Assembly: GCA_016186435.1 (NCBI GenBank)
Contig: JACPLQ010000001.1
Span: 1-59,212 of the forward strand
Length of the DNA: 59,212 nucleotides
DNA from: Candidatus Nomurabacteria bacterium
GTDB taxonomy: Bacteria; Patescibacteriota; Minisyncoccia; Phycocordibacterales; UBA9973
Direction: 5' to 3'
Shown here: piece by piece, positions 19,897 to 28,581 of the stretch
Layout of the letters: each line of letters opens with the position of its first letter
How positions within the stretch are numbered: position 1 is the first letter of the stretch
Program-made: the position numbers and the translations under genes
Notes under the pieces: generated by a model
Told to the model about the DNA's origin: nothing
Database searches by the model: none
Seen by the model: only the letters and a program-made list of their open reading frames with translations

Positions 19897-22065
19897 ATGA
19901 GGCTCAAAACACTTCAACTGAACGGCTTCAAATCTTTCGCGCAAAAAACTGTTTTAGAGTTTGAAAGCCCGATCGTAGCCATCGTAGGACCCAACGGTAG
20001 CGGGAAGTCGAACGTGGTGGAAGCGGTGCGTTTTGTCTTGGGCGAGCAATCCATGAAGTCCATGCGCGGCAAGGGAGGCTCCGACCTTGTTTTTAAGGGT
20101 TCAAAAAATTTATCTAAAGGCACAAAAGCTTCCGTCACCATTTATTTCAACAATACCGATAAAATTTTTAAACTCACAAACGACGGAGGAGAAAATATAA
20201 ACTTAAATTATGACATCATTTCAATCTCCCGCGAAGTTTATTCTGACGCACTCAATAAATACATTTTAAACGGTACGGAAGTCCGGCTTAAGGACATACA
20301 TCACTTGCTCTCTTATGTGAACATCGGATCTTCCGGCCACCATATAATTTCCCAGGGCGAAGCCGACAGAATATTGAATGCGAGCTCTAAAGACAGGAAA
20401 GAAATGGTGGAAGACGCGCTAGGACTCAAAATTTATCAATACAAAATAAGGGAATCCGAAAGAAAACTGGAAAAAACGAATGAGAATATGAAAGAAGTGG
20501 GCATGCTCCGCCGGGAAAATGCTCCGCACCTTAACTTTTTGAAAAAGCAGGTAGAAAAATTTGAAAAGGTCAAAGAAATGCAGTCGGAGCTTGCTACCCT
20601 TTATCGGGAATACTTAAAAAAAGAAAGTATTTACCTAGAAGAAGAAAAAGAAAGTCTGAAAAAAGAACGAGAAAAAATTTCCGTAGAATTAAAAACTGTT
20701 AATGATAAAATTTCAGCGACAGACGAAAGCAATTCGGAAGGCAACCCGCGCCAAGGCGGGGCAAGTAAAAAAATAGATGAACTGCGAATTGCCGAGCAAA
20801 AGATAAATGCTTTACGCGGGAAAAAGGGCGAGCTGGAACGCAAGCTCGGGCGCATAGAAGGCATACTGGAAGCGAGAGTTGATAAACTAAAAGTTTCCGG
20901 CAAGTGTCCGCTTTGTGGAAGCGATATAGGCGACGAAGATGCGGGGCAGTTAGAGCGGAAGCATAATGAAGAAAAAGAACTTGCTGAATTAAAAACTTCT
21001 CAAGCAGACACCCTTGCCGAAATACAAAAAATAGAGACAGAAGAGAAAGAAATTAGCGGCGCAGTAGAAAAACTTAAACAAGAAATAAACAGAGAAATGG
21101 AAGCATTGCGTGATCTAGAGCGGGAGAAATTTACTTTTAAAGTCAGACAGCAGGAACTTTCTAGCGCGCTTGAGCTCATAGTTATCAAAGAAGACAGCTT
21201 GAGAAGCAGGAGAGAATTGTTTGAGAATGAAATAAATGAAGGCACAGCCCTTGTCGGCGCTGAAATTTTGGCTTATAAGAATTATCAGGGAAGCGTGGAG
21301 GAACAAATTATTCCACAAGATGAGTTAAAGAAAAAAATAGAGCGCATAAAGATAAAACTTGAAGATGCAGGTCTTGGCAATAGCGCGGAGCTAATGCAAG
21401 AATACAATACTGTGTCAGAACGCGATCGATTTTTAGCCAAAGAGCTTGAAGACATTGAAAAAAGCATTGACTCTCTCAAAAAACTTATTGCCGACCTCAA
21501 AGAAAAAATAGACATAGAGTTTCAAGAAGGAGTAAAAAAAATAAATGTTGAATTTCAGGAATTTTTCGCGATTCTATTCGGAGGCGGACATGCGTCGCTT
21601 TCAGTAGTGATGGAGATAAAACGCAGGAGAAAGATACAAGAGGATGAAGAACCCGCCGACGCCGAAGGCTTTGGCGAGGCGAGCGAGACAGAGGAGGAGG
21701 CAGAACCGGAGCAGGGGATAGAAATAAATGTTTCTTTGCCTCACAAGAAAGTAAAAGAATTGCATGCATTTTCCGGAGGAGAACGATCGCTCACCTCTAT
21801 CGCGCTTTTGTTTGCAATGTCGCAGGTAAACCCGCCGCCATTTTTGGTGCTGGATGAGACAGATGCCGCGCTGGATGAAGCGAATTCCAGAAAATATGGA
21901 GATATGCTGGAAAAACTATCTAAAGCGTCCCAGCTTATAGTCGTCACTCACAACAGAGAGACTATGTCCCGAGCGGGAGTGCTTTACGGCGTCACTATTG
22001 GTTCCGACGGCGCGTCCAAACTCCTGTCCGTCAAATTCGACGAAGCCACCCAGATTGCGAAATAG
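19897..22065 (+). CDS. smc: Short SMC-family ATPase
   Basis: GFKSF, GPNGSGKSN, SGGERS and LDETDAALD; coiled coils; central CPLC. Confidence 0.85.
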   Translation: MRLKTLQLNGFKSFAQKTVLEFESPIVAIVGPNGSGKSNVVEAVRFVLGEQSMKSMRGKGGSDLVFKGSKNLSKGTKASVTIYFNNTDKIFKLTNDGGENINLNYDIISISREVYSDALNKYILNGTEVRLKDIHHLLSYVNIGSSGHHIISQGEADRILNASSKDRKEMVEDALGLKIYQYKIRESERKLEKTNENMKEVGMLRRENAPHLNFLKKQVEKFEKVKEMQSELATLYREYLKKESIYLEEEKESLKKEREKISVELKTVNDKISATDESNSEGNPRQGGASKKIDELRIAEQKINALRGKKGELERKLGRIEGILEARVDKLKVSGKCPLCGSDIGDEDAGQLERKHNEEKELAELKTSQADTLAEIQKIETEEKEISGAVEKLKQEINREMEALRDLEREKFTFKVRQQELSSALELIVIKEDSLRSRRELFENEINEGTALVGAEILAYKNYQGSVEEQIIPQDELKKKIERIKIKLEDAGLGNSAELMQEYNTVSERDRFLAKELEDIEKSIDSLKKLIADLKEKIDIEFQEGVKKINVEFQEFFAILFGGGHASLSVVMEIKRRRKIQEDEEPADAEGFGEASETEEEAEPEQGIEINVSLPHKKVKELHAFSGGERSLTSIALLFAMSQVNPPPFLVLDETDAALDEANSRKYGDMLEKLSKASQLIVVTHNRETMSRAGVLYGVTIGSDGASKLLSVKFDEATQIAK

Positions 22066-22125
22066 TATTATCTAAGATTTCAGCATATGCGGATTTTTTA
22101 GGAACGAGAAATTTGATTTTTTTCA

Positions 22126-24030
22126 TTAGGGAGTTTTCATCTCTTGAAACTTCACTTTCTCTTCTTTTGCGGGAATTATTTTTTCTAGCTGGAACACGGA
22201 ATTTAATTGCGTATTATTTTTTCTTACAGACATTGAGCCATCCTTGCCTAATTTAATCTGAAGAAGCATGCCTTTCGTGGTTTCTTTGCTCCAAGACTGA
22301 TCAAAGACAAAATTTCCGAGCGAGTAGGCGATAAAACCATTTTTATAAACTTCAGTATCTTGGATTACATGCGGATGATGACCGATGACTATCTTAGCTC
22401 CATTGTCTACTGCTTTATGCGCTAAATATTCCTGCCGCGTATTGTGAACTGTCTTATATTCATCTCCGAAGTGAAAAGAAACTACTAGATAATCCACTTG
22501 CTTAGCCGCATTTTTTATTATTTCGTCAAAACGGGGATCGCTGGCGAGCAGTAAGCCGGCAGTTTCACTTTTTGCTTCCATCCAGTTCGGTCCAACGTCG
22601 GAGAATCCCAAGAAGCCGATTTTTAGCCCATATTTTTCAATAATAACCGGAGCTTCGGCCTCTGTTTCAGTATTTCCGCCGCCGGTATAAAGTATTTCAT
22701 TTTCTTTCAGGCGTGAGAGCGTGTCTGCATATGCGCTTCGTCCCCAGTCGCCGACATGATTGTTTGCCATTGACACGATGCTTACTCCGGCGCCCTTCAT
22801 CGCGGGAATAACGCTCGGATCCATCCTAAAAGAATATAAATTTCGCATATCTGCGCCTTTGTCGGACGCGGCGCCTTCCAGATTTACGAAAGCTATATCG
22901 GAATTTTTAAATATTTCCAGTTTTGAAAAAATTGCGGAATAATCATTGCCGAAATTTTTTACGACTGAATTTTTCACCCCGCGGGCAAGCATAATGTCGC
23001 CGCCGAAGGCGAGAGTTACAAAGTCCGGCTCGCGGATGTCCGGCACACCGACTCTTTCTTCCACCCAGTTTGTGATTGCTCCGAGCGCGCCGCCATAATA
23101 AACATTTTTCTTCAGGTAATTTACGATGCTTTCCACATCTTTCTTGCGGTCTGCGCTCTGGAGGAGAGTGATAGCAACAGGGCGTTCACTTTTTTCTGCC
23201 AATGAACCTAAGTGCAGAGAGAAAAGAGAGACGACTGTCTGCCTAGCAGCGTCTGTGTATCCGCTTTTACCCCCGATGTATCCGTCTTTCCCCAAAAATT
23301 GGCTGATGTTAGACCAATTATGTTTTTTATTTGAAAAGCTTCTGTTGGTCGTAATTCTTAGGAGTTCCGGATGTTCTTGGGCTAGATAACCGGTGAGCTT
23401 GAATATGTCTCCTGTTGTTGATTTATTATTTGGAGATAATCCGCTCGGATCTTCAAAGTGAGTGTCCTCCATTTTTAACTTTTCTGCCGTTAGGTTCATC
23501 TTTGAGATGAAGCTATCCCGGCCGAAATGTTCCGCAATTACTTCGGCTGCATCGTTGCTAGACTCCAGAAGGAGGGGATATAAAAGATCTGATATTTTTA
23601 CCTTTTCTCCCGGGCGCAATTCGCCATTTTGCCCGTACGTCGCAAGCGCCCGCTTGCTTACTGTTGCCACTTCGTCCGGCTTTGCAAGCTCGCTTGCCAC
23701 CAAAGCAGTCATTAGTTTAGAAACTGATGCTATTGGGAAAATATTCTCCTGATTTTTTGAAAGTATTACTTCGCCAGTGTGAAGGTCGCCGACAATATAT
23801 GCTTTTGCGGAAACTTTCGGGCCTCCGACAAGATCTTTATTCGTATAAAAGTATTGAGGTTTTTTTGCTTCAGACGGAATGAGCTGGACCACTCTGGCTT
23901 GAGAGTCTTTTGTGAAGAGCGTTTTTATTCCCGTATCAATGAGAGATGATAAAGAATAAGTAAAAAATATGCCGACAAGAATCGGAAATACTGACCACAA
24001 CAAGAGCTTAGTTTTATTGCGAGACCTCAT
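22126..24030 (-). CDS. D-Ala-D-Ala carboxypeptidase (peptidase S11) fused to CapA-family metallophosphoesterase domain
   Basis: SxxK (SVSK), SSN and KSG motifs; then GDIML, NLEG, ANNH, HFG.EY, GHHPHV and YSLGNF. Confidence 0.88.
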   Translation of the reverse strand: MRSRNKTKLLLWSVFPILVGIFFTYSLSSLIDTGIKTLFTKDSQARVVQLIPSEAKKPQYFYTNKDLVGGPKVSAKAYIVGDLHTGEVILSKNQENIFPIASVSKLMTALVASELAKPDEVATVSKRALATYGQNGELRPGEKVKISDLLYPLLLESSNDAAEVIAEHFGRDSFISKMNLTAEKLKMEDTHFEDPSGLSPNNKSTTGDIFKLTGYLAQEHPELLRITTNRSFSNKKHNWSNISQFLGKDGYIGGKSGYTDAARQTVVSLFSLHLGSLAEKSERPVAITLLQSADRKKDVESIVNYLKKNVYYGGALGAITNWVEERVGVPDIREPDFVTLAFGGDIMLARGVKNSVVKNFGNDYSAIFSKLEIFKNSDIAFVNLEGAASDKGADMRNLYSFRMDPSVIPAMKGAGVSIVSMANNHVGDWGRSAYADTLSRLKENEILYTGGGNTETEAEAPVIIEKYGLKIGFLGFSDVGPNWMEAKSETAGLLLASDPRFDEIIKNAAKQVDYLVVSFHFGDEYKTVHNTRQEYLAHKAVDNGAKIVIGHHPHVIQDTEVYKNGFIAYSLGNFVFDQSWSKETTKGMLLQIKLGKDGSMSVRKNNTQLNSVFQLEKIIPAKEEKVKFQEMKTP

Positions 24031-26126
24031 ACTAACACATAATCTATTGTCTTTCGCTCCAAGTCAACCCCTTTTACTTTTATTTTTACCTTGTCGCCGA
24101 GGCGATATTTTTTTCCCTGCCTACCGGCAGGCAGGTTCTTTTTCTGCCCCATCATTTCAAGCTTCTTTTCATTGAAAACATAAAAATCATCCTGCATATC
24201 CCGCATTCGCACGAGCCCTTCGCATTTTGTTTCCACTTCTTCCACATATATGCCCCATTCGGTCATTCCGCTGATTACTCCATGGAAAGTTTCTCCTAAG
24301 CGCGCGGACATATACTCCACTTGTTTGTATTTTATAGAAGCGCGCTCGGCATCACTCGCTCGTTTTTCCTGCTCGGAAGCTATGAGCGACATTTTTTCGT
24401 ATTCAAGCAGTTTATTCCCGACGCTTGCGGTCGGGACCCCGACTTTGGTCGGGGCTTTATTCTTTGCCAAGTAGTCGCCAAGAAGCCTGTGTATTATTAT
24501 GTCGGGATAGCGCCGGATAGGGGAAGTGAAGTGCGTATAGAAATTAAAAGCAAGCCCATAGTGTCCGATATTTTTTGTGGAATAAATTGCTTTAGCCATG
24601 GAGCGAATAACTGCTCTGTGCACGGTATCCCGCATAGTTGTATTCGCATGCTTGCTATCAAAACTTTCTAAGAGCTTATTTATTTCATGGCTTGGAATTA
24701 TGCCGTCCCTCAGGCTGACCTTGTGCCCCAAGCTTCGCAGAAAAAAAGCCAAATCTGCCATTTTTTCTTTTGAAGGCAGGTCATGCACTCGGTATATTGA
24801 AACTCCTTCTTCTGCTCTGCCTTTTATTTTTTTAGGCGACAGAATTTCCGCCACTTTTTTATTCGCAAGAAGCATGAATTCTTCTATGAGCCGGTTTGAA
24901 TCTCCGCGCTCTTTTTTTATGACTTTTAATGGCGCGCCATTTTTATCCAGCACGAATTTTACTTCTTCCTGGTCAAGCGATATTGCGCCTTTGGCAAATC
25001 TTTCTTTGGTAAGTTTTTTTGCGAGATTATTTAAAACAGAAAGTTCTCTGTGAAGGGGAGCATTTGATTTTTTTATGGACTCTTCGGCTTCTTCATAAGA
25101 AAATCTTTTTCTGGAATGTATCACTGTGCGCCCGTACCATTCTGACTTCACGTTTGCATTTTTATCCAGCACAAATATGGCGCTCATTGTCAGGCGGTCT
25201 TTGTTTGGCACCAGACTGCATAAATCATTTGAAAGGACTTCAGGGAGCATGGGTATTGTCCTGTCTACCAAGTACACCGACATGCCGCGCTCTCGGGCTT
25301 CTACGTCTAAAGCGCTGTTTACTTTTACATAATGCGATACGTCGGCGATATGAATGCCTATTTCATAAAGTTCTTCCTCACCCCTTCGCCCCTCTCCATT
25401 TTTTCTTAAATGGAGAGGGGTTTGGGAGAGGTCTGCTGGCCTAAGAATTTTAAAAGATATAGCGTCGTCAAAATCTTTTGCGTCAGCCGGATCTATTGTG
25501 AATGTGAGTGTGCGCCTCATATCCCGACGGCCGTCATAATCTGCATCTTTTATTCCAGCCTGTTTTATTTTTCTCGCTTCTTCTTCAACTTTCTTGGGAA
25601 GCTCGGCATCAAAGCCTTTTTCCATGGCTATGGCGCGCATCTCTGTGTCGTTGTCTCCCGGAAGCCCTAAAATTTTTACTACTTTGCCTTCGGGCGCTTT
25701 GCGGGAATCCAGCCATGAAACTATTTCCACGAAAACTTTTTCTCCTACTTTTGCGCCGTGTACCATATTCTGGGGAATCAGTATATCCGTATACATTTTT
25801 GTATCGTCGGGCTTTAGGAAAAATAATTTACTTGCCCCGTCCTTGGCGGGGTTTTCTGTTTCTAGTATTCCGGCAAAGGCTTTTTTGGCGCGGGAAAGTA
25901 TTTTTGAAACTTCTCCGGTGGTGCGTCCGTGGCTTTTGGCGTGCAGAGTAACCTCCACCAAATCTCCGTGGAGGGCAGTGTTTAGGTGCTTGAAATCAAT
26001 TTCTATGTCGTCCTTGTGGGTAAGAGTCTTTACATAGCCGGTTCCTTTAGCCGTAATAGAGATAATGCCTTCAAGCTTATTGGAGTGCTTTTTCTGGTGT
26101 TTTTTCATCCCGTTAGAGATTTTCAT
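24027..26126 (-). CDS. rnr: Ribonuclease R
   Basis: TIDPADAKDFDDA, IEEFMLLAN and HFTSPIRRYPD; S1 domain. Confidence 0.95.
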   Translation of the reverse strand: MKISNGMKKHQKKHSNKLEGIISITAKGTGYVKTLTHKDDIEIDFKHLNTALHGDLVEVTLHAKSHGRTTGEVSKILSRAKKAFAGILETENPAKDGASKLFFLKPDDTKMYTDILIPQNMVHGAKVGEKVFVEIVSWLDSRKAPEGKVVKILGLPGDNDTEMRAIAMEKGFDAELPKKVEEEARKIKQAGIKDADYDGRRDMRRTLTFTIDPADAKDFDDAISFKILRPADLSQTPLHLRKNGEGRRGEEELYEIGIHIADVSHYVKVNSALDVEARERGMSVYLVDRTIPMLPEVLSNDLCSLVPNKDRLTMSAIFVLDKNANVKSEWYGRTVIHSRKRFSYEEAEESIKKSNAPLHRELSVLNNLAKKLTKERFAKGAISLDQEEVKFVLDKNGAPLKVIKKERGDSNRLIEEFMLLANKKVAEILSPKKIKGRAEEGVSIYRVHDLPSKEKMADLAFFLRSLGHKVSLRDGIIPSHEINKLLESFDSKHANTTMRDTVHRAVIRSMAKAIYSTKNIGHYGLAFNFYTHFTSPIRRYPDIIIHRLLGDYLAKNKAPTKVGVPTASVGNKLLEYEKMSLIASEQEKRASDAERASIKYKQVEYMSARLGETFHGVISGMTEWGIYVEEVETKCEGLVRMRDMQDDFYVFNEKKLEMMGQKKNLPAGRQGKKYRLGDKVKIKVKGVDLERKTIDYVLV

Positions 26127-26216
26127 AAATTAGGTCAATAACTTCTTTCATATTTTTAGCGTGTATTCCGTTATCTCTAACGGGACAGGCCCTTATATTA
26201 TAGCATAAAATAGATA

Positions 26217-26245
26217 TTGACAATAGCACCAAAGTGTGCTATACT
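26217..26245 (+). promoter_or_regulatory. Strong sigma70 promoter
   Basis: TTGACA-N17-TATACT with extended TG; AAGGAG RBS downstream. Confidence 0.78.
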
Positions 26246-26270
26246 TGCATTGAAAAGGAGAAATTGACAA

Positions 26271-26738
26271 ATGAAGAATCTGTTCGCGGTTTTCGTCGCG
26301 GTTTTTGCTTTAATGGTGGTCGGTTGCGCGACGACAGTCGTCTCGTCGCCCAAGTCGACGGTGAACACCGTCGACGGCCCCCTGGAGGCGAAAGGTGACC
26401 TCAATGCCGTCGTCAAGAGGACGACGACGACCACGACAACCGACGCCAATGGCATCGTAGTCGGCACCACCACCGAAGTGGTGGAGGAACAGGCGGCCCG
26501 CAACGCCTACGATGCCGAGCACGAGCTCGACATGCGCCGCGAGGACCGCAAGGAAGCGGTCGGCGTGGCGCGGGCGCAGAACCCGGCGCCGGTAATCGTG
26601 GTTCGGGGGAGTACGTATTATCGGACGGTGGGTAGTTCGTACCACCGACCCCCGAGACGAAACTATCGGACGGGCCCTCCGCGGACTGAACGCCCTGTCG
26701 GCCGTAACACGGTCGGCGGGAGCAAGTCCAAGCGTTAG
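26271..26738 (+). CDS. GC-rich putative lipoprotein
   Basis: Signal peptide with lipobox-like VVGC; Thr-rich middle; Arg/Pro-rich tail; own promoter and terminator. Confidence 0.72.
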   Translation: MKNLFAVFVAVFALMVVGCATTVVSSPKSTVNTVDGPLEAKGDLNAVVKRTTTTTTTDANGIVVGTTTEVVEEQAARNAYDAEHELDMRREDRKEAVGVARAQNPAPVIVVRGSTYYRTVGSSYHRPPRRNYRTGPPRTERPVGRNTVGGSKSKR

Positions 26739-26784
26739 CCGCTTGGGCAAGAGGGAAGCCCTCTATAAAAATGACAATCCATCG

Positions 26785-26820
26785 ACAGCGTGTTTCTCGC
26801 AAGAGAAACACGCTGTTTCT
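26785..26820 (+). terminator. Intrinsic terminator
   Basis: ACAGCGTGTTTCTC-GCAA-GAGAAACACGCTGT then TTCT. Confidence 0.75.
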
Positions 26821-26887
26821 CTTTATGCTCAATTTGCTTTTTTTCTTAAATTATAATAAACTCTTGCTACCTGTCCCGTACTAAATT

Positions 26888-27136
26888 AAGAACAGCACCA
26901 AAAGCGGAAAGTTTTTGGAAATCTTAGGAACGTATAATCCGAAAGCCAAAGATGATGCGCAGAAAAAAAATCTGAATGTCGACAGAATAAAATATTGGAT
27001 ATCAAAAGGCGCAAAGCCTTCGGACACGATGCACAATTTTTTGGTACACGACAAAATCATAGAAGGCAAAAAGATAAACGTCCTTCCAAAGAAAAAACCG
27101 ACAATGAAAAGAAAGGAATTGAAAGCAAAAAAGTAA
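26888..27136 (+). pseudogene. rpsP: 30S ribosomal protein S16, 5'-truncated in this sequence
   Basis: KNSTKSGKFLEILGTYNP...RIKYWISKGAKPSDT; in-frame TAA at 26882 removes the N-terminus; rpsP-khpA-trmD synteny. Confidence 0.8.
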
Positions 27137-27235
27137 GCTTGCCCGCCTATGGAGGGTTTGATACAATTACAGTTAATGCAGTATATAAAGTCGGAACGAC
27201 TGCGCATATTATAAAAGTTAATTTTTATTAAAAAC

Positions 27236-27592
27236 ATGGAAGAAGCAGACAAGATGTTTTTGGAATATGTCGTTAAAGCTCTGGTAGATAATCCAAATGA
27301 CGTAAAGATAGAGCGAACTGTGGACGAAATGGGCGTGCTTATTACTCTCACCGTAAATCCCGCCGATATGGGGAAGATTATCGGAAGGATGGGCAATACC
27401 GCCAAGGCTATCCGCACATTGCTCCGCATCATCGGCATGAAGAACAACGCCCGCGTGAATCTGAAGATCAATGAGCCGGCCGGCAGCATGAGGCACGAAG
27501 GCGGAATGACTTCTACGGGGAGCGGCATGGGGCAAGCGCCGTCAACCCTAAAGACTGTAGACGAGGCAATGGATGAGCTCAAGGGAATATAA
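27236..27592 (+). CDS. khpA: KH domain RNA-binding protein
   Basis: DMGKIIGRMGNTAKAIRTLL. Confidence 0.9.
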   Translation: MEEADKMFLEYVVKALVDNPNDVKIERTVDEMGVLITLTVNPADMGKIIGRMGNTAKAIRTLLRIIGMKNNARVNLKINEPAGSMRHEGGMTSTGSGMGQAPSTLKTVDEAMDELKGI

Positions 27593-28316
27593 ATTGCGTT
27601 TTCATGTCATTACAATTTTTCCAGATATTTTCGATTCATATTTGAATGAATCTGTTATCGGGCGCGGGATAAAAAATAAATTGATAGACGTAAAATTTTA
27701 TAATCCCCGCGATTTTATCAAGGCCCCAAAAAATAACTATAAACCGGTAGATGACAAGCCGTATGGCGGAGGACCTGGTATGGTCATGCGCGCCGAGCCG
27801 ATTTTAAAAGCAGTAGAAGCAGCTCTTAAAGCAGCTCAAAAGCCTCACCCCCGCCCCCTCTCCATTTTGAAAAAAAATGGAGAGGGGTGGATGCGAAGCA
27901 GACGGGGTGAGGGAATTAAAATAATTCTTTTTTCTCCGTCCGGCAAGAAATTTGATACAGCCTATGCTAAAAAGTCCGCAAAAAAATATACGGACATCAT
28001 TATGATATCCGGCAGATATGAAGGCATAGATGCGCGAGTGCAAAAAATTCTAAAAGCAGAAGAAATTTCCATAGGGGATTATGTGCTTACCGGCGGCGAA
28101 CTACCAGCTATGATTTTAATAGATTCTATTTCTCGTCAAATACAGGGCATATTGGGCAAATATGAATCACTGGAAGAAGAAAGAGTTTCCAGTAGCGAAG
28201 TGTATACTCGTCCGGAAATCTTAAAATATCGCGGCAAAAATTACAGAGTTCCAAAAGTCCTGCTTTCCGGAAACCATAAAAAAATAGATGAGTGGAAAAA
28301 TCAAACTAAGAAATAA
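27573..28316 (+). CDS. trmD: tRNA (guanine37-N1)-methyltransferase
   Basis: DDKPYGGGPGMV, GRYEGIDAR, SIGDYVLTGGE. True start may be a few codons downstream. Confidence 0.96.
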   Translation: MSSREYKLRFHVITIFPDIFDSYLNESVIGRGIKNKLIDVKFYNPRDFIKAPKNNYKPVDDKPYGGGPGMVMRAEPILKAVEAALKAAQKPHPRPLSILKKNGEGWMRSRRGEGIKIILFSPSGKKFDTAYAKKSAKKYTDIIMISGRYEGIDARVQKILKAEEISIGDYVLTGGELPAMILIDSISRQIQGILGKYESLEEERVSSSEVYTRPEILKYRGKNYRVPKVLLSGNHKKIDEWKNQTKK

Positions 28317-28581
28317 CATCTATGTTATGGTGTAAATTAAACTCTCTGACTATCTTTAACATATGTAAAAGATAGTAAATATTTGACAAAAAGCTGTGGA
28401 TAAGTATACTGTACTTGATTCATTGATTGAGTATCGGATGCAATCTCTTTTATTATTAAGATAAATAAGGAGTGTAGCGACTGTATTTTCTTAACCCTGT
28501 TAAATAAGGCTTTTAGCCTTAGCCTACTGGCTATTTAACAGGGTGATAATTTTCTAATCGCTTTGCTTAAGAAAATCAATC

